Source of the DNA: Eledone cirrhosa
Lineage: Eukaryota
Assembly (NCBI GenBank): GCA_964016885.1
Contig: OZ024756.1
Location: 36,766,001-36,830,000, forward strand
Reading direction: 5' to 3'
Length of the DNA: 64,000 bases
The translations under genes were made by a program, and so were the position numbers. This document shows positions 26,021 through 38,990 of this stretch, one piece after another (position 1 is the stretch's first letter; each line of letters opens with the position of its first letter). A model generated the notes under the pieces. The model saw nothing but the letters and a program-made list of their open reading frames with translations. It made no database searches and had not been told where the DNA came from.

Positions 26021-27807
26021 AAGCAGAGAAGAAATGAGAGGGACCTAGTATCATAATAAACGCCTCTGGGGGTTGTGTGTGGCCTAGTAGGTAGGATGTC
26101 AATCTTCAGTGAGAAAGGTACTTTATTTCTTGTTGTCTCTGTCCACTCAGCTAAGAATAAGTACTATCAGTAGGTTAACTTTGCGATGGACTAGCATCCT
26201 ATCCAGGGGCTAGTCATGTACTCCTAGTAGCTTAACAATATTGAAATAGGGATAAGCTCCATCCAACCTGATGACTCTCTAGGCTTGACATGTCTAGCAT
26301 CAGAATGTGACAACCCATTTAACCTATGCAAACATGGAAAATAAACATAAAACGATGCTGATATGTGTCCTTATTTGGGCATGTACATAGCAGTTCGACA
26401 AAAAGAGATTGATAAAATTAAGTACCTGACTGGATAAAAGTACTTGTGTCAATATGATCAACTAAATCCCTTCAAGTGAAGGTGCGTGGCTGAGTGGTGA
26501 GAGAATTGGATTCGCAACCGTGAGGTTGTGAGTTTGATTCCCGGACCAGTTGATGCGTTATGTCCTTGAGCAAGACACTTTATTTCACGTCCTTCTGCCT
26601 GGATTTATGACTGATAGATAGTATTAACAATTGGAAAGACCAATGGAAACATTGTTTCTGCGGTCTGATTTGACGAAGCCTGGGATCTTGTTGATCGACT
26701 GTCGAATCCCTTCGAGTTGATGCCCCAGTATGGCCATAGTCTAATGACTGAAACTAGTAAAAGAGAAAGAGTAGAGTCTTGGAAAATGACTTGTGAAAAG
26801 TGGTCCTGTGTTCCTTGAGTGACAGAAACAGACATGATGGTCACGACTGGATTGTCTTTGCTCACAGTTCTACAAGATGAGGCCTGACAATGGTGTTAAA
26901 CAACTTGGCGATTATTGCACTTTTAATGCTAGGACGGGGGTGTAGGAAGTGTGTGTTCTAACTTGAATGATGTCATTCTTCATCCCTTGGGGGTAAAGCT
27001 GTATTACGTCACATCCTCTCTACTCATTGTCATTTGATATAATTGAGATTTTTTGCTGTTGGTGGGTGACTGGGACGATGGATAGATGATGTCACCTTCA
27101 CATTTCATATGTTCGGTACCGACCCAAGTCACTTTCAAATTACACCCACGGGGGGTATTGAACAACATAGTCCTAGATAGACTGTGTTTGAAGAAAAAAA
27201 TATAAAAACGAGATGGTCATAGCTGGATGACACTATGATGATGGGTCTACTAGTTCAATGCTGACCTAGCGCTTGTGTATGTGTGTGTTGAAACCTAGCG
27301 GGAAAAGTTCTGTGGTCGACGAAATCCATTGAAAGCGGTGGTGCCCCAGCATGACTGCAGTCTAATCATTGAAAGCAGTTACAGAGTATGTTTCAAATAA
27401 AACATTTTTATTCCCTCTTTTAAATTAATTTTGAAAGTGGGTCAATTCAGTGATGGCCTTGTATCAGAATGTAGCCTCCTTCCTTACACACATGACCACC
27501 ACCTCCGATATGTCCCATACTGATAACATTGTGATGGCATACAGTAAGAGAGGGGAGGACTGTGCCCTTGGCCTTTGCAGGAATTCTCAGACTTGCGGCG
27601 GTAGCAGTGGAGACGGTGGCGGCCACGTGATGACTGTGACATTGATGATGGTGTCGACGGTGGTTGCCACGTGATGATGTTGCCTTTGCTGGTGTTGGTG
27701 GGGGGTGGGGGGTGGGGGGGGGGGGGGGGGGGTGGGGGGGGGGGGCTGATGGTGATGGTGGTAGTGGCGACGGTGTTAAGTGATATTTACTGGCTGCTGT
27801 GTGTATG

Positions 27808-27839
<32 letters not shown>

Positions 27840-28024
27840 ATTCCTTTATTCCTTTATTCCTTTCCTTCACCAAAAAACCGTTACTCGGTCGCTCCATCTG
27901 CTAGAAATAATAGCCATATCTCCAGACCTGTCAACTCTCCCCGTCAGACGGGGAGATCTCCCACCCTCTTTGGGGTGGGTGAGAGATGTCTTCTCTTGTG
28001 AAAATGTGTATAGCTTTCATTCAA

Positions 28025-28213
28025 GGGCGGTGGATTGGCAGTATCGGTAGAGGGTCGGACGCCATGCTTTCCAGCATAGTTACGTCCCTTTACGATCTGA
28101 GTTCAAATCCCGCCGAGGTTGACTTTGCCTTTCATCCTTACGGGGTCGATGAAATAAAGTACCAGTAACGCACTGGGTAATTGCTGGCCTTGTGCCTAAA
28201 GTAGAAACAATTA
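28025..28213 (+). mobile_element. tRNA-derived SINE, family S2 (representative full copy of ~20)
   Basis: TGGCAGTATCGG A-box, GAGTTCAAATCC B-box, GCCTTTCATCCTTACGGGGTCGATGAAATAAAGTACCAG core and GTAGAAACAATTA tail. Other copies near 3540, 15470, 15740, 15920, 20465, 29550, 30614, 33908, 35960, 41590, 43362, 46398, 49410, 52320, 52540, 58635 and 60825-61380. Confidence 0.9.
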
Positions 28214-30558
28214 TGTAAAATCTCTCCATTTTGCCTCATCTCTCCACGTTTTGGGGCACTTTTTTTCATGGTACTCCCAGTTTGGGTTTTTAGAAGTTGG
28301 CAGGTCTGTATCTCCCTCATATCCATACCCTACGGTTTTTTTACTTTAAAGAAAGACTCCAAATACACATTACATAATGTATTCCTAGATATGCTATGAC
28401 TAAAAAAAATAGACGGTATTATCACAGAACGTGTTTAATTATTAGCGTGTGACCAATAAAAACACTACTGTTACTATAAAACCCTTTATTTTCACGTTGT
28501 TCTAGTCCACTTAGCTGACAAAAATGAGTTGTACATGCGATTCAAAGGACTAGCCTCGTTATACATTGTGTCACGTCGAATCTCCCTGAGAATTATGTTA
28601 AAGTTACACGTGACTGGAATGCTCAGCCACTTGTACATTCATTTCACGAGCAGGTTGTTCCGTTGATCAAATAATTGGAACGAACCACCGACGGTGGCCC
28701 AACAAACACATCATACTGGTTTGCTGGATGGAGGGCAGACCTTGGGTTATATAACAATCGGAAGTGTTGACACGTGGAACTGCTTGCCCTCCTCCACCAC
28801 TCCCTCTTCTTCTCCCCACCCCCATATCTCCACCTTACCGTCTTCTCTTTTTAACCCACTTTTACAGTCTGTCTGTCTACCTACCAGACCTCTCCCTAAT
28901 TTTAACAGAATGACTGTCAACAGTCAATTTCGGATTAGTTTTGTGTGGGGACTGTAGCATATAAAGTGGGCCTTAAACCTTTTGATATCAAACATCCTGA
29001 AACCACCCCCTAAAAGTGTTTTTTTTTAAATTTTTAGTGTTCAGATTTATCTAAAAACCTTCCATCGTAATTCTATGTAAGAACATTCGTTAAGTTATGC
29101 CCCCAACATCAACTTGATGATGAGAAAGTTAGTTATATTACTAATTCCCTCGAAATTCTTGATTATTTTCAAAATAATTCAAAAACCCCAGACAGCGTCT
29201 TTAGAAACGTGGCAATGGAAGGGCTTAATGTGTTTATAGTTTTATGATAGACCCTTCGTTAAGTTATGTTCTCAATATCAACTTGATGGGAAAGTTATAT
29301 TACTAAATCCCTCTAAATTCTTGATTATTTTCAAAATAATGTGACAGTCACAGGCAATGTCTTTTGTTGGCAATGTCGTAACGAAAGGATGAAAATGTGA
29401 CAAACTTTCTGGGTAGTATAGTACTTTAGTATAAAGCCTTTAAAATGCCCCCACTTCTCCCCGAAAATGTAGAGTCCCATAGCAAATGCTACCCTTACTA
29501 CTAGGTTAATCCAGCACTCAACATTTCCTGATCTTGTTTATAATACTAATTAATTGTTTCTACTTTAGGCACAAGGCCAGCCATTACCCAGTACATTACT
29601 GGTACTTTATTTTATCGACCCCGTAAGGATGAAAGGCAAAGTTAACCTCGGCGGGATTTGAACTCAGACTGTAAAGGGACGTAACTATGCTAGAAAGCAT
29701 TGACATTGATGTCACCTAATTAATCACAATTCACCTCACCCCGTTCTCTGTACGAAACTAAGTTTGGGATTATTTGAACAGAGAAATTTGCCCACTATCT
29801 GCATTTATAACAGTCTAGTTGGTGGTGCTGGTGCTGGTGGTGTAATTATAATAACATTGGTAGTGTCAGTGTAGCGGCGGTGGTGATGGTGTAATATTGA
29901 CGATGGTGTGGTGGTGGTGGTGGTGGTGTAATTGTACCAATGTATTAGAGTTGGTGGCGTTGCTGATGGTGGTGTAATTAAAACTCTCGGTGACGGTGAT
30001 GTCATAACAATGGTAGTGTCAGTGTGGTGGCGGTGGTGATGGTGTAATATTGACGATGGTGAGGTGGTGGTGATGTAATAGTGGTAATGGTGTGGTAGTG
30101 GTAGCGGCGATGTAATTGGGGTAATGTTATAGAAGTGGTGGTGGTGTGTAGGTTGTTTATATATAGCTGGTAGCGGTGATAAGGATGGTGTGTTGGCAGT
30201 AGTGTTGAGTGATAGTGGTGGCGGTGGTAGTGGTGATATGGCTGTAGTAGTGGCAGTAGTGTGGTGGTAGTTGTATGGTGTTATGTTAAGGTTGTGGTAG
30301 TAGGGGAGGTGGTATTATGGTAGTTGTAGGGTTATGGTGAAAGTGTGTCATGGTAGTAGTAGTACTCGTGGTGGTGGTGGTGGTGGTGGTAGTAGTAGTA
30401 GTAGTGGTGGTGGTGGTAGTGTTATGGTGGTGTTAGAGGTGACTCTGGTACCCTATCTATAGCAGAATCTACCCCCTTTGCTAGAAATATTCCAGGGATA
30501 ACTTGAACCGTTGAGGTATATCATCCTTGGTCATGTCAAATATTTATAAAACATTTTG

Positions 30559-30795
30559 TATTTTATCTGATGATAGCGTACCAACATTTTTGGTACCCTT
30601 GAAATATATATAATTGTTTCTACTTTCAACACAAGGCCAGCAATTACCCAGTGCATTACTGGTACTTTATTTTATCGACTCCGTAAGGATGAAAGTCAAC
30701 CTCGGCGGGATCTGAACTCAGAATGGCAAGGGCCGTAACTCTAGGCGTCAAAAGCATGGCGTCAGACCCTCTACCGATACTGCCATAATAGAATA
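30559..30795 (+). ncRNA. Family G hammerhead interrupted by an S2 SINE
   Basis: TATTTTAT-CTGATGA-TAGCGTACCA..TGGTACCCTT-GAAATATATATA, then the SINE (~30614-30785), then the element resumes at ATAATAGAATAAATATGG. Confidence 0.7.
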
Positions 30796-30949
30796 AATAT
30801 GGTTTTATAAATATAGTTTCCATTTATTTAATATCATTGAATATTAAAGAAAATATTCAGAAAACTGTCGAGTGCTTTGAATCAGTTGTAAACATCTATA
30901 TTTGTTGGATTTCCAACAAATTTAATATCTCTTATATATATATATATAC

Positions 30950-30981
<32 letters not shown>

Positions 30982-31028
30982 TATGAAATACTGTGTGCTT
31001 CTTGCTCATAATAATTTCTATACTTTTC

Positions 31029-31095
<67 letters not shown>

Positions 31096-31295
31096 TATAT
31101 ATATAAATGTTTGGTACTGTAACAAGAGCTGAAGCCAGAAAGATGCGGTTATTAAGTTGAAGAAGCCATCGTAATTCTAACTAATCATATACATGGCTGA
31201 CTAACTACATACATGCCCCCCCCCACTCCAAAAAACAAATCTGTTTTTTTTTTTCTTACCGTCGTCTGTCTCTTTTTTTTCTATCTTCGATACTA

Positions 31296-31330
31296 TCTTC
31301 CGACGAAGGAAAACGTCCGAAACGTTAAGG
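31296..31330 (+). ncRNA. Minimal hammerhead-like motif, family I (U4C variant)
   Basis: TCTT-CCGACGA-AGGA-AAACG-TCC-GAAACGTT-AAGG. Degenerate relative at 41968-42005 (minus); 3' flank also at 34560-34632. Confidence 0.55.
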
Positions 31331-31578
31331 CTCTTTTCCTACTATATCAAGCGTTAAACTAATATATATGATTATTGTACTGTATTTCTCGCCTTTGTTT
31401 CTTCCTTGTTGCTCTCTCTCATATATATATATACGTATATGTATGTGTGTGTGTATATATATGTATGTGTAAATATAATTATATGTATATGTACAAATAT
31501 GTATGTATGTGTGTGTGTGTGTGTATAAATATATAATACGATATTAACAAATGGAAACTATATTTATAAAACCATATT

Positions 31579-31643
31579 TATTTTATTATACATATTTCAA
31601 GGACACCACGTTAAATTATGGTGTGCTTTCATCAGACAAAATA
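31579..31643 (-). ncRNA. Type I hammerhead ribozyme, family G, intact
   Basis: Minus strand reads TATTTTGT-CTGATGA-AAGCACACCA-loop-TGGTGTCCTT-GAAAT-ATGT-ATA/ATAAAATA. Confidence 0.85.
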
Positions 31644-31741
31644 TAATATAGATCAGTTTTATAAATAAATATTGACATACCCTTAAAAAATGCAACCATT
31701 ACTGTTGGAAGCTCCCGAAAACTATCCGAGAGCTTCCAACA

Positions 31742-31782
<41 letters not shown>

Positions 31783-31783
31783 A

Positions 31784-31850
<67 letters not shown>

Positions 31851-32094
31851 TATATGACTAGTTTTTGAATACTCAACGGAATGTAATAGTATACCATTAT
31901 ATACACTCACATGCGTATAATGAATGAAAGGCAGTGTCAATGACCTTCGCGAAGTTCTTTAGACTCTGGTTAACTACAAAGGATAGGACGGAAGTTCTTT
32001 GGAGACTGGTGGGTAAGATGAATGTGGTGGTGGAGGTGTCATATTAAACTGAAAACCCTTGTCCGGAAGTCTGTCTGATCGTCTGCCCCGTCTC

Positions 32095-32137
<43 letters not shown>

Positions 32138-32177
32138 AATAATGATGGCTGCCCGTTGCAAATGGTGGTGCATATGA

Positions 32178-32480
32178 AAAAGTGAGTCCTTCATCAGTGA
32201 CCCTCCAACCGTCCCAGGCATTTCATCGCTTTAAGGGCCATATGCCTCAGGTTGGTGCGAACAACGGCTAAAAAAAGTCGTTGGGACACGTAAATAAAGG
32301 GGACGTTAGGGTAACAAAGAAAATGGTTAAACCATTTTGTTTGTTACCCTAACGTCCCCTTTATTTACGTGTCCCGACGACTCTTTTTAGCCGTTGTTCG
32401 CACCAACCTGAGGCATATGGCCCTTAAAGCGATGAAATGCCTGGGACGGTTGGAGGGTCACTGATGAAGGACTCACTTTT
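32178..32480. repeat. ~303 bp near-perfect palindrome, family D
   Basis: Arms of ~151 bp centred at 32329 with essentially no spacer, between (TA)n tracts. Confidence 0.92.
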
Positions 32481-32484
32481 ATAT

Positions 32485-32516
<32 letters not shown>

Positions 32517-32819
32517 GCGATTATAGCCACAAGAAGAAAGCACTCACTACTTATATATGTAATATATAAACAGACTGTGTATATATGTAAATATATAAAC
32601 AGACTGTGTATATATGTAAATATATAAACAGAACTAATCTCTGTTAAATGCACTGAATGAAGGAGCGGTTTTAGAGGTGGTGGTGTTTTTAAATACGAGC
32701 CACAAGATCATGTGTTTTAGCCAGTATTCCATGTTACATAACATAACATTGGCATCAATGTCAGTCGATCGTGACAATAAGGGATTCTTCGATACACACA
32801 CACATTTATATATATATAT

Positions 32820-33038
32820 ATAGGAACGAGTAGGACCCCGACGGCTGAGCTCAAGCCGTTTCGACGGCTAGTTCTGGACTAAAAATTTTAGTCCATTTTA
32901 GTCCAGAACTAGCCGTCGAAACGGCTTGAGCTCAGCCGTCGGGGTCCTACTCGTTCCTATTACCCACTCTACTACCCTAAGTATTGAGTACTTTGGTGCG
33001 TTATGGTCCACCTGGTTCCTTACCACATTTCCTTTGTT
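32820..33038 (+). mobile_element. Palindromic element, family C copy 2, with hammerhead 3' half
   Basis: Arms 32820-32884 and 32897-32960. GAA-ACGGCT-TGAGCTC-AGCCGT-C at 32918-32940. Confidence 0.8.
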
Positions 33039-33156
33039 ATATATATATATATATATATAATGTAGGAGGTGAGTTTTATTGTAGCACAATAAAGCAATGC
33101 AAATATCGGATAAGTAGCACTCTACAGTTTGTAGGACTGGATATCATCCCATGATG

Positions 33157-33213
<57 letters not shown>

Positions 33214-33243
33214 AGATCAAAAGATGGTTAAAAGAGTTCCAAG

Positions 33244-33314
33244 TATTTTATTATGCGCATTTCAAAAACAAATATCATCATGGGATGATATCTGCGTTCT
33301 CATCAGATAAAATA
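33244..33314 (-). ncRNA. Type I hammerhead ribozyme with long stem II, family F
   Basis: Minus strand reads TATTTTAT-CTGATGA-GAACGCAGATATCATC-CCAT-GATGATATTTGTTTTT-GAAAT-GCGC-ATA/ATAAAATA. Confidence 0.85.
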
Positions 33315-33388
33315 GGGAGACATGATATGAAGCTTAAAAAACACTTGTGAATAGTGAAGTTTTAAATCAACATATGAAAAATAAATTA

Positions 33389-33438
<50 letters not shown>

Positions 33439-34045
33439 AATGTAATCTGAGTTTTTCGAATATTAATAATAACATTCGATTCGTTTGCAATTATGCAAAC
33501 AAGCCTCATTTTACAGCCATGTCAGTAGAATGAACCCTTCATTCTTGCTCTTGTGTTGGCATACACACATACAGACATCTTTTTGTAACTCTATCTTCGT
33601 TGCTTGTGTATAGGTATGACAAATGTATTGAGGTCTGACTTGGCTTGAAATTCTGCTATAACTAATCAAGACCATTACTAATATATATATATATATACCA
33701 TTTCCTCTTCCAATTAGCATAATTAACCATATAAAAAAATCAATTAGACCAGGTAATAAGAATAAAGGCTCCTATGAAGAAATTTCCGACAAATAACCGA
33801 AAGCGGCCTCTTCGTGGTGACCCCAATAGAGTATTTATCCGTGACCGGTTGCAACATATATATCTATGACTTTATGTATATGTAAATCTTTGTATATATA
33901 TATATAAATAATTGTTTCTACTTTTGGCACAAGACCACCAAGTTACCCAGTGTATTACTGGTACTTTATTTTTTCGACCCTGTAAGGATGAAAGGCAAAG
34001 TTATATAATGCTGATTGCTCTTGTCTTTCGCCTATGCCCACAACC

Positions 34046-34078
<33 letters not shown>

Positions 34079-34230
34079 CATACACACACACATTTCCTAA
34101 CGAAACATTTTCGCATATGGTCACTTGCTGGTTTGCGTATGCCGTCTGTCTGTGCCTGAAGAAAGAGTTATATAACTAGGTCAATTGGAAAACAAATACA
34201 CTACCTATCTATCTGTGTGTATGTGTGTGA

Positions 34231-34284
<54 letters not shown>

Positions 34285-34353
34285 AGGAAGCTCCAACCGT
34301 TAAGGTTGTCTTTTTTTCTGGGTATGTCAATATTTATTTATAAAACAAATCTA

Positions 34354-34419
34354 TATTTTATCTGATGAAAACGCACCATAATTTGCCTTGGTTGCCCTTG
34401 AAATATATATAATAAAATA
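34354..34419 (+). ncRNA. Type I hammerhead ribozyme, family G
   Basis: TATTTTAT-CTGATGA-AAACGCACCA..TGGTTGCCCTT-GAAAT-ATAT-ATA/ATAAAATA; stem II weakened. Confidence 0.75.
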
Positions 34420-34457
34420 AATATGGTTTTATAAATATAGTTTCCATTTATTAATAT

Positions 34458-34523
<66 letters not shown>

Positions 34524-34706
34524 TGTGTGTGTAAAAGGTAAACAGAAATAACAAAATGTCAAAACAAACGGCACAGTACATATGAAAGAAATATATTAGT
34601 TTAACGCGTGAAATAGCAGGAAGAGAGTCTTATATATATCCAGTGTTTGTGAGACACTGCCAAGTGTGTGTGTGTACATATGTATGTATATATGTGTTTG
34701 TGTGTG

Positions 34707-34738
<32 letters not shown>

Positions 34739-35339
34739 CCGAATGACTGACTCTGTGATGCTGATGACTGTATTAGATACATGTGGTGGAGAAAGTAGGA
34801 GGGGGGGGGGTTATATATTTACTCTATAGCAGTTTGTGTTGCTGTTGGTTGACATTTCCCCCCCTCCCTCCCCGATTAGTCACACACTACATACAGTACA
34901 CAACACATACGTACGTATACATCACACGTGATACATACACACTCTACACAACACTTATATCACATGCACACACGCATACATGTCGACAAAAGTATATGGA
35001 TTATTGTTAACATATACACGCACACGCATACACATATAAACATATACAAACAAGTATATTCATTCACATATATACACAAAAGATAAGCATACGTTCCCAC
35101 ACTTACATTGGCATACAAACACGCCCCCCCCCCCCATCTCTCTCACATAAAAAAGACAGACATAAGCACGTATGACTATTATCAGATATATACACTCAGG
35201 CATACATAAATATGCAACAGCACGTGTTGAAATTGACACACATACTGAAATATACACAAATGCATTGATATTGAAACATGCATGCACGTGCATGTGGATG
35301 TTAGAAATTGACACATAAACATACACAAACACTTATGGA

Positions 35340-35700
35340 AATTGACACATACATATACTGAAATATACACATACATATACTGAAATATACACATACATAT
35401 ACTGAAATATACTCAAATACGTTGATATTGACACATACATATACTGAAATATACACATACATATACTGAAATATACACATACATATACTGAAATATACAC
35501 AAATACGGTGATATTGACACATACATATACTGAAATATACACATACATATACTGAAATATACACATACATATACTGAAATATACTCAAATACGTTGATAT
35601 TGACACATACATATACTGAAATATACACATACATATACTGAAATATACACATACATATACTGAAATATACACAAATACGGTGATATTGACACATACAAAT
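35340..35700. repeat. 22 bp minisatellite with higher-order structure
   Basis: Unit ACTGAAATATACACATACATAT interspersed with AAATACG(G/T)TGATATTGACAC. Confidence 0.9.
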
Positions 35701-38034
35701 ACGTGGATGTCGACACATACATAAACATACACAATAACACGTGGATGTTAATATTCGCACACAGATAAGCAATCATAACCGTATGGATATTAACACCATT
35801 CATACACACTGACTCACACTCACGCACAGATATTGAGACACACACGCACAAACATAGATATTTACACACACACACACCAATACGTATAGATACAAAAATA
35901 TACGCAAATACATCGCTACATGGGATATTGAGATCCTCACAAAGACAAGCACAAGAATATTGGTTTCTGATTTAGGCACAAGACCAACAATTTTATGGGA
36001 GGGAAAGTCGATTAAGTGGACTCCAGTACGTTACTGGTACTTTATTTTATCAACCACGTAAGAGTGAAAAGTAAAGTTAACCTCGGCGGGATTTGAACTC
36101 AAAACGTAAAGGGACGTAACTCTAAGCTGCAAAGCAAGGTGTTCCGACGCTCTACCGATACTGCCAATCCACTGCTCTAAGACTTGCTAAATATTCAAAC
36201 ATACACGCCATCTATACTCTCTTTGTTTTTTCATCTATCTGTAAAGTACACTAAGAGATGGTGGTAGTGGTGGTGGTAGTAGTAGTGGTGGTGGTGGTGG
36301 TAGCGGTGGTGGTAGCGGTGGTGGTAGCGGTGGTGGTGGTGGTGGTAGCGGTGGTGGTAGCGGTGGTGGTAGCGGTGGTGGTAGTAGTGGTGGTAGTAGT
36401 AAATATGTTAATTAAGTAATTCCCTCCCACCACTTCTCTGCTCATCTTTTTTCTGTTTATAGTTCTGAAATGTCTTCCTCTCTCTCCCTCTCACAACCAC
36501 CTCTTTATCTCTTGTCTTCTCTCCCCCTCCATTCTGAAATATCTTCCTCTCTCTCCCTCTCACAACCACCTCTTCATCTCTTGTCTTCTCTCCTCCCTCT
36601 CCCCCTTCACACATTTTCCGCTTTCTTTCTTAGTCTACCTCTCACCCCCTCTCACTGTCTTCTTCTCTATTGCAGTCTACTGCCTCTCTCCTTACCCCCT
36701 CTCTTGCAGTCTACTGCCTCTCTCCTTACCCCCTCTCTTGCAGTCTACTGCCTCTCTCCCTTACCCCCTCTCTCTCTCTATGTTGTTCTCTATAAAATGT
36801 TATTATTCTCTCTTCTCTCTCTCTCTCTCTGTTGCTCTCCCTCCCTCTCTCGTTCTCCCTATCTGTCACTGTTCTCTCTATATTCTTTGTTGATCTCTCT
36901 ATAATCTCTGTTATTGTTCCCTATATATTCTCTCTCCCTCTCAACACACACCCTCTCATTCATTCACTCTATCTGTTGTCTTCTCTCTCCCCCTCTCATT
37001 CATTCACTCTCTATCTGTTGTCCTCTCTCTCTCCCAACCTCTCATTCATTCACTCTCTATCTGTTGTCCTCTCTCTCTCTCTTCACCTCTCATTCATTCA
37101 CTCTCTCTCTCTCTTCACCTCTCATTCATTCACTCTCTATCTGTTGTCCTCTCTCTCTCCCAACCTCTCATTCATTCACTCTCTATCTGTTGTCCCCCCT
37201 CTCTCTCTCTTCACCTCTCATTCATTCACTCTCTATCTATTTTCGTCTCTATAAATAGTCTCCACCATTTTCTTTTTCTTTCAGTTTCTAATCTCTAAAA
37301 TTTGGCAATCTTTTGTTTAAATTTCTTATCTCGTTGCACTCAACCTCCTTCCCTTTGTCTATTTTTGTGTGTATAATGTTTGTGTGTGTATGTGTATGAA
37401 CACATATTATGTATGTAAACATACATTTGTGTGTGTATATATATATATATAAACGTGTGTGTATATATATATTATATATAAACATACATGTATGTATGTA
37501 TATATGAGTGTGTGCGTGCGTGTATATATTAAAACAGATATATATATATGTTCCAAGAGATAACGGTGTCAACTACCCCCCCCCCCCCCCGCTCCTCTTA
37601 CCTGGTTCTCTTACCATTTCTTCCTCCCCCTGCTCCTCCCCCCCACCTCATTATATAACGATTTTTTAAAGTCACTGACTCACTTGCCTTATGTGTAGTA
37701 TGTGTGTGTTACACATTAAACTGAGCTTTTTGGTCATTACTCCTTTGTTTACAAACTGTAACCTGTGTATGTATGTGTGTATGCTTACCCCACCCTTGAA
37801 TTCTACTATATACACAAGGTGTAGCAACTGTCTGGGTCCCCCATAGTGGGTTTTTCTTCTTCTTCCGTATATGTTATTCATTTTTGCAAGTGTTCTGCTA
37901 CATTACAAACAAGAAAAGAAAAGAAAAATGTCTAACGTTCTCGTATTCAAATGCATACACAACTAATAAAATCAAAGACTGTTATTTTAAGCATTTACTA
38001 CGATATAGCTCTTTACCATTTTGCTTATGGAGCA

Positions 38035-38078
<44 letters not shown>

Positions 38079-38954
38079 ATACAAACATACATACGCACAT
38101 TATACAGGGTGTTAAAAAAATGTATACACACTTTGATTACCTGTACAGGCAATATTTATTAGAATGCTGTTGAAGTGTGTATACATTTTTTGGAGGAACA
38201 CCCTGTATTTATGTAACTATGATTGTCAATTAATTGCTTTAATTTGGACGTAAAACCAACCTGATCTCACCAAAGCCAATCACGATCTCAAGCAAACATA
38301 AACCATACATCTACATTCGATCTCATTCATCAGACCTAGACCGCTCAAGGAAGAGTTGAATCACATGTTCATCCATCCACGCACACATCTATAATTATAT
38401 AATATACACATGAGCTCAGGGTCGAATTCCGTCCTTTTTGTGACCCTTAAACACCTAAAAGATTATGCCCCCCGCCCCCTCATTCTCATATATAAAATCT
38501 AAAAGAACCTTAATTTCAATAAAATGGTGTCCCTTTTTCTCCGAGGCCCTTAACTTCAATAAAACGGCATCCCTTTTTACTGGAGGCCCTTAATTTCAAT
38601 AAAATGGCGTCCCTTTTTCCCTTGATGCACTTAATTTGAATAAAACAAGGTTCCTTTTCTCCCACTTGATGCTCTAAACATGTGTTTAGCGTGTTGAAAG
38701 CTTCGTCCATGAACTAACAAACGTCCCAGACTCAGTTTTGCTGACTCTACCAAAACACTACTATGAAATGCCAACACATCGATAACACACAGTGTTGCTT
38801 CTGTCATTGTTAGTATTTATTGATTTTTATTTCTTCTTCTTCTCCTTCCTTGTTGTTATTGTTTCTATTTATATGACTTGCAAGCAACAGTAGTAGTAGT
38901 AGTAGTAATAGTTGTGGTTGTTGTTTATATACTATACTGTAGTGACATAACTAC

Positions 38955-38990
<36 letters not shown>

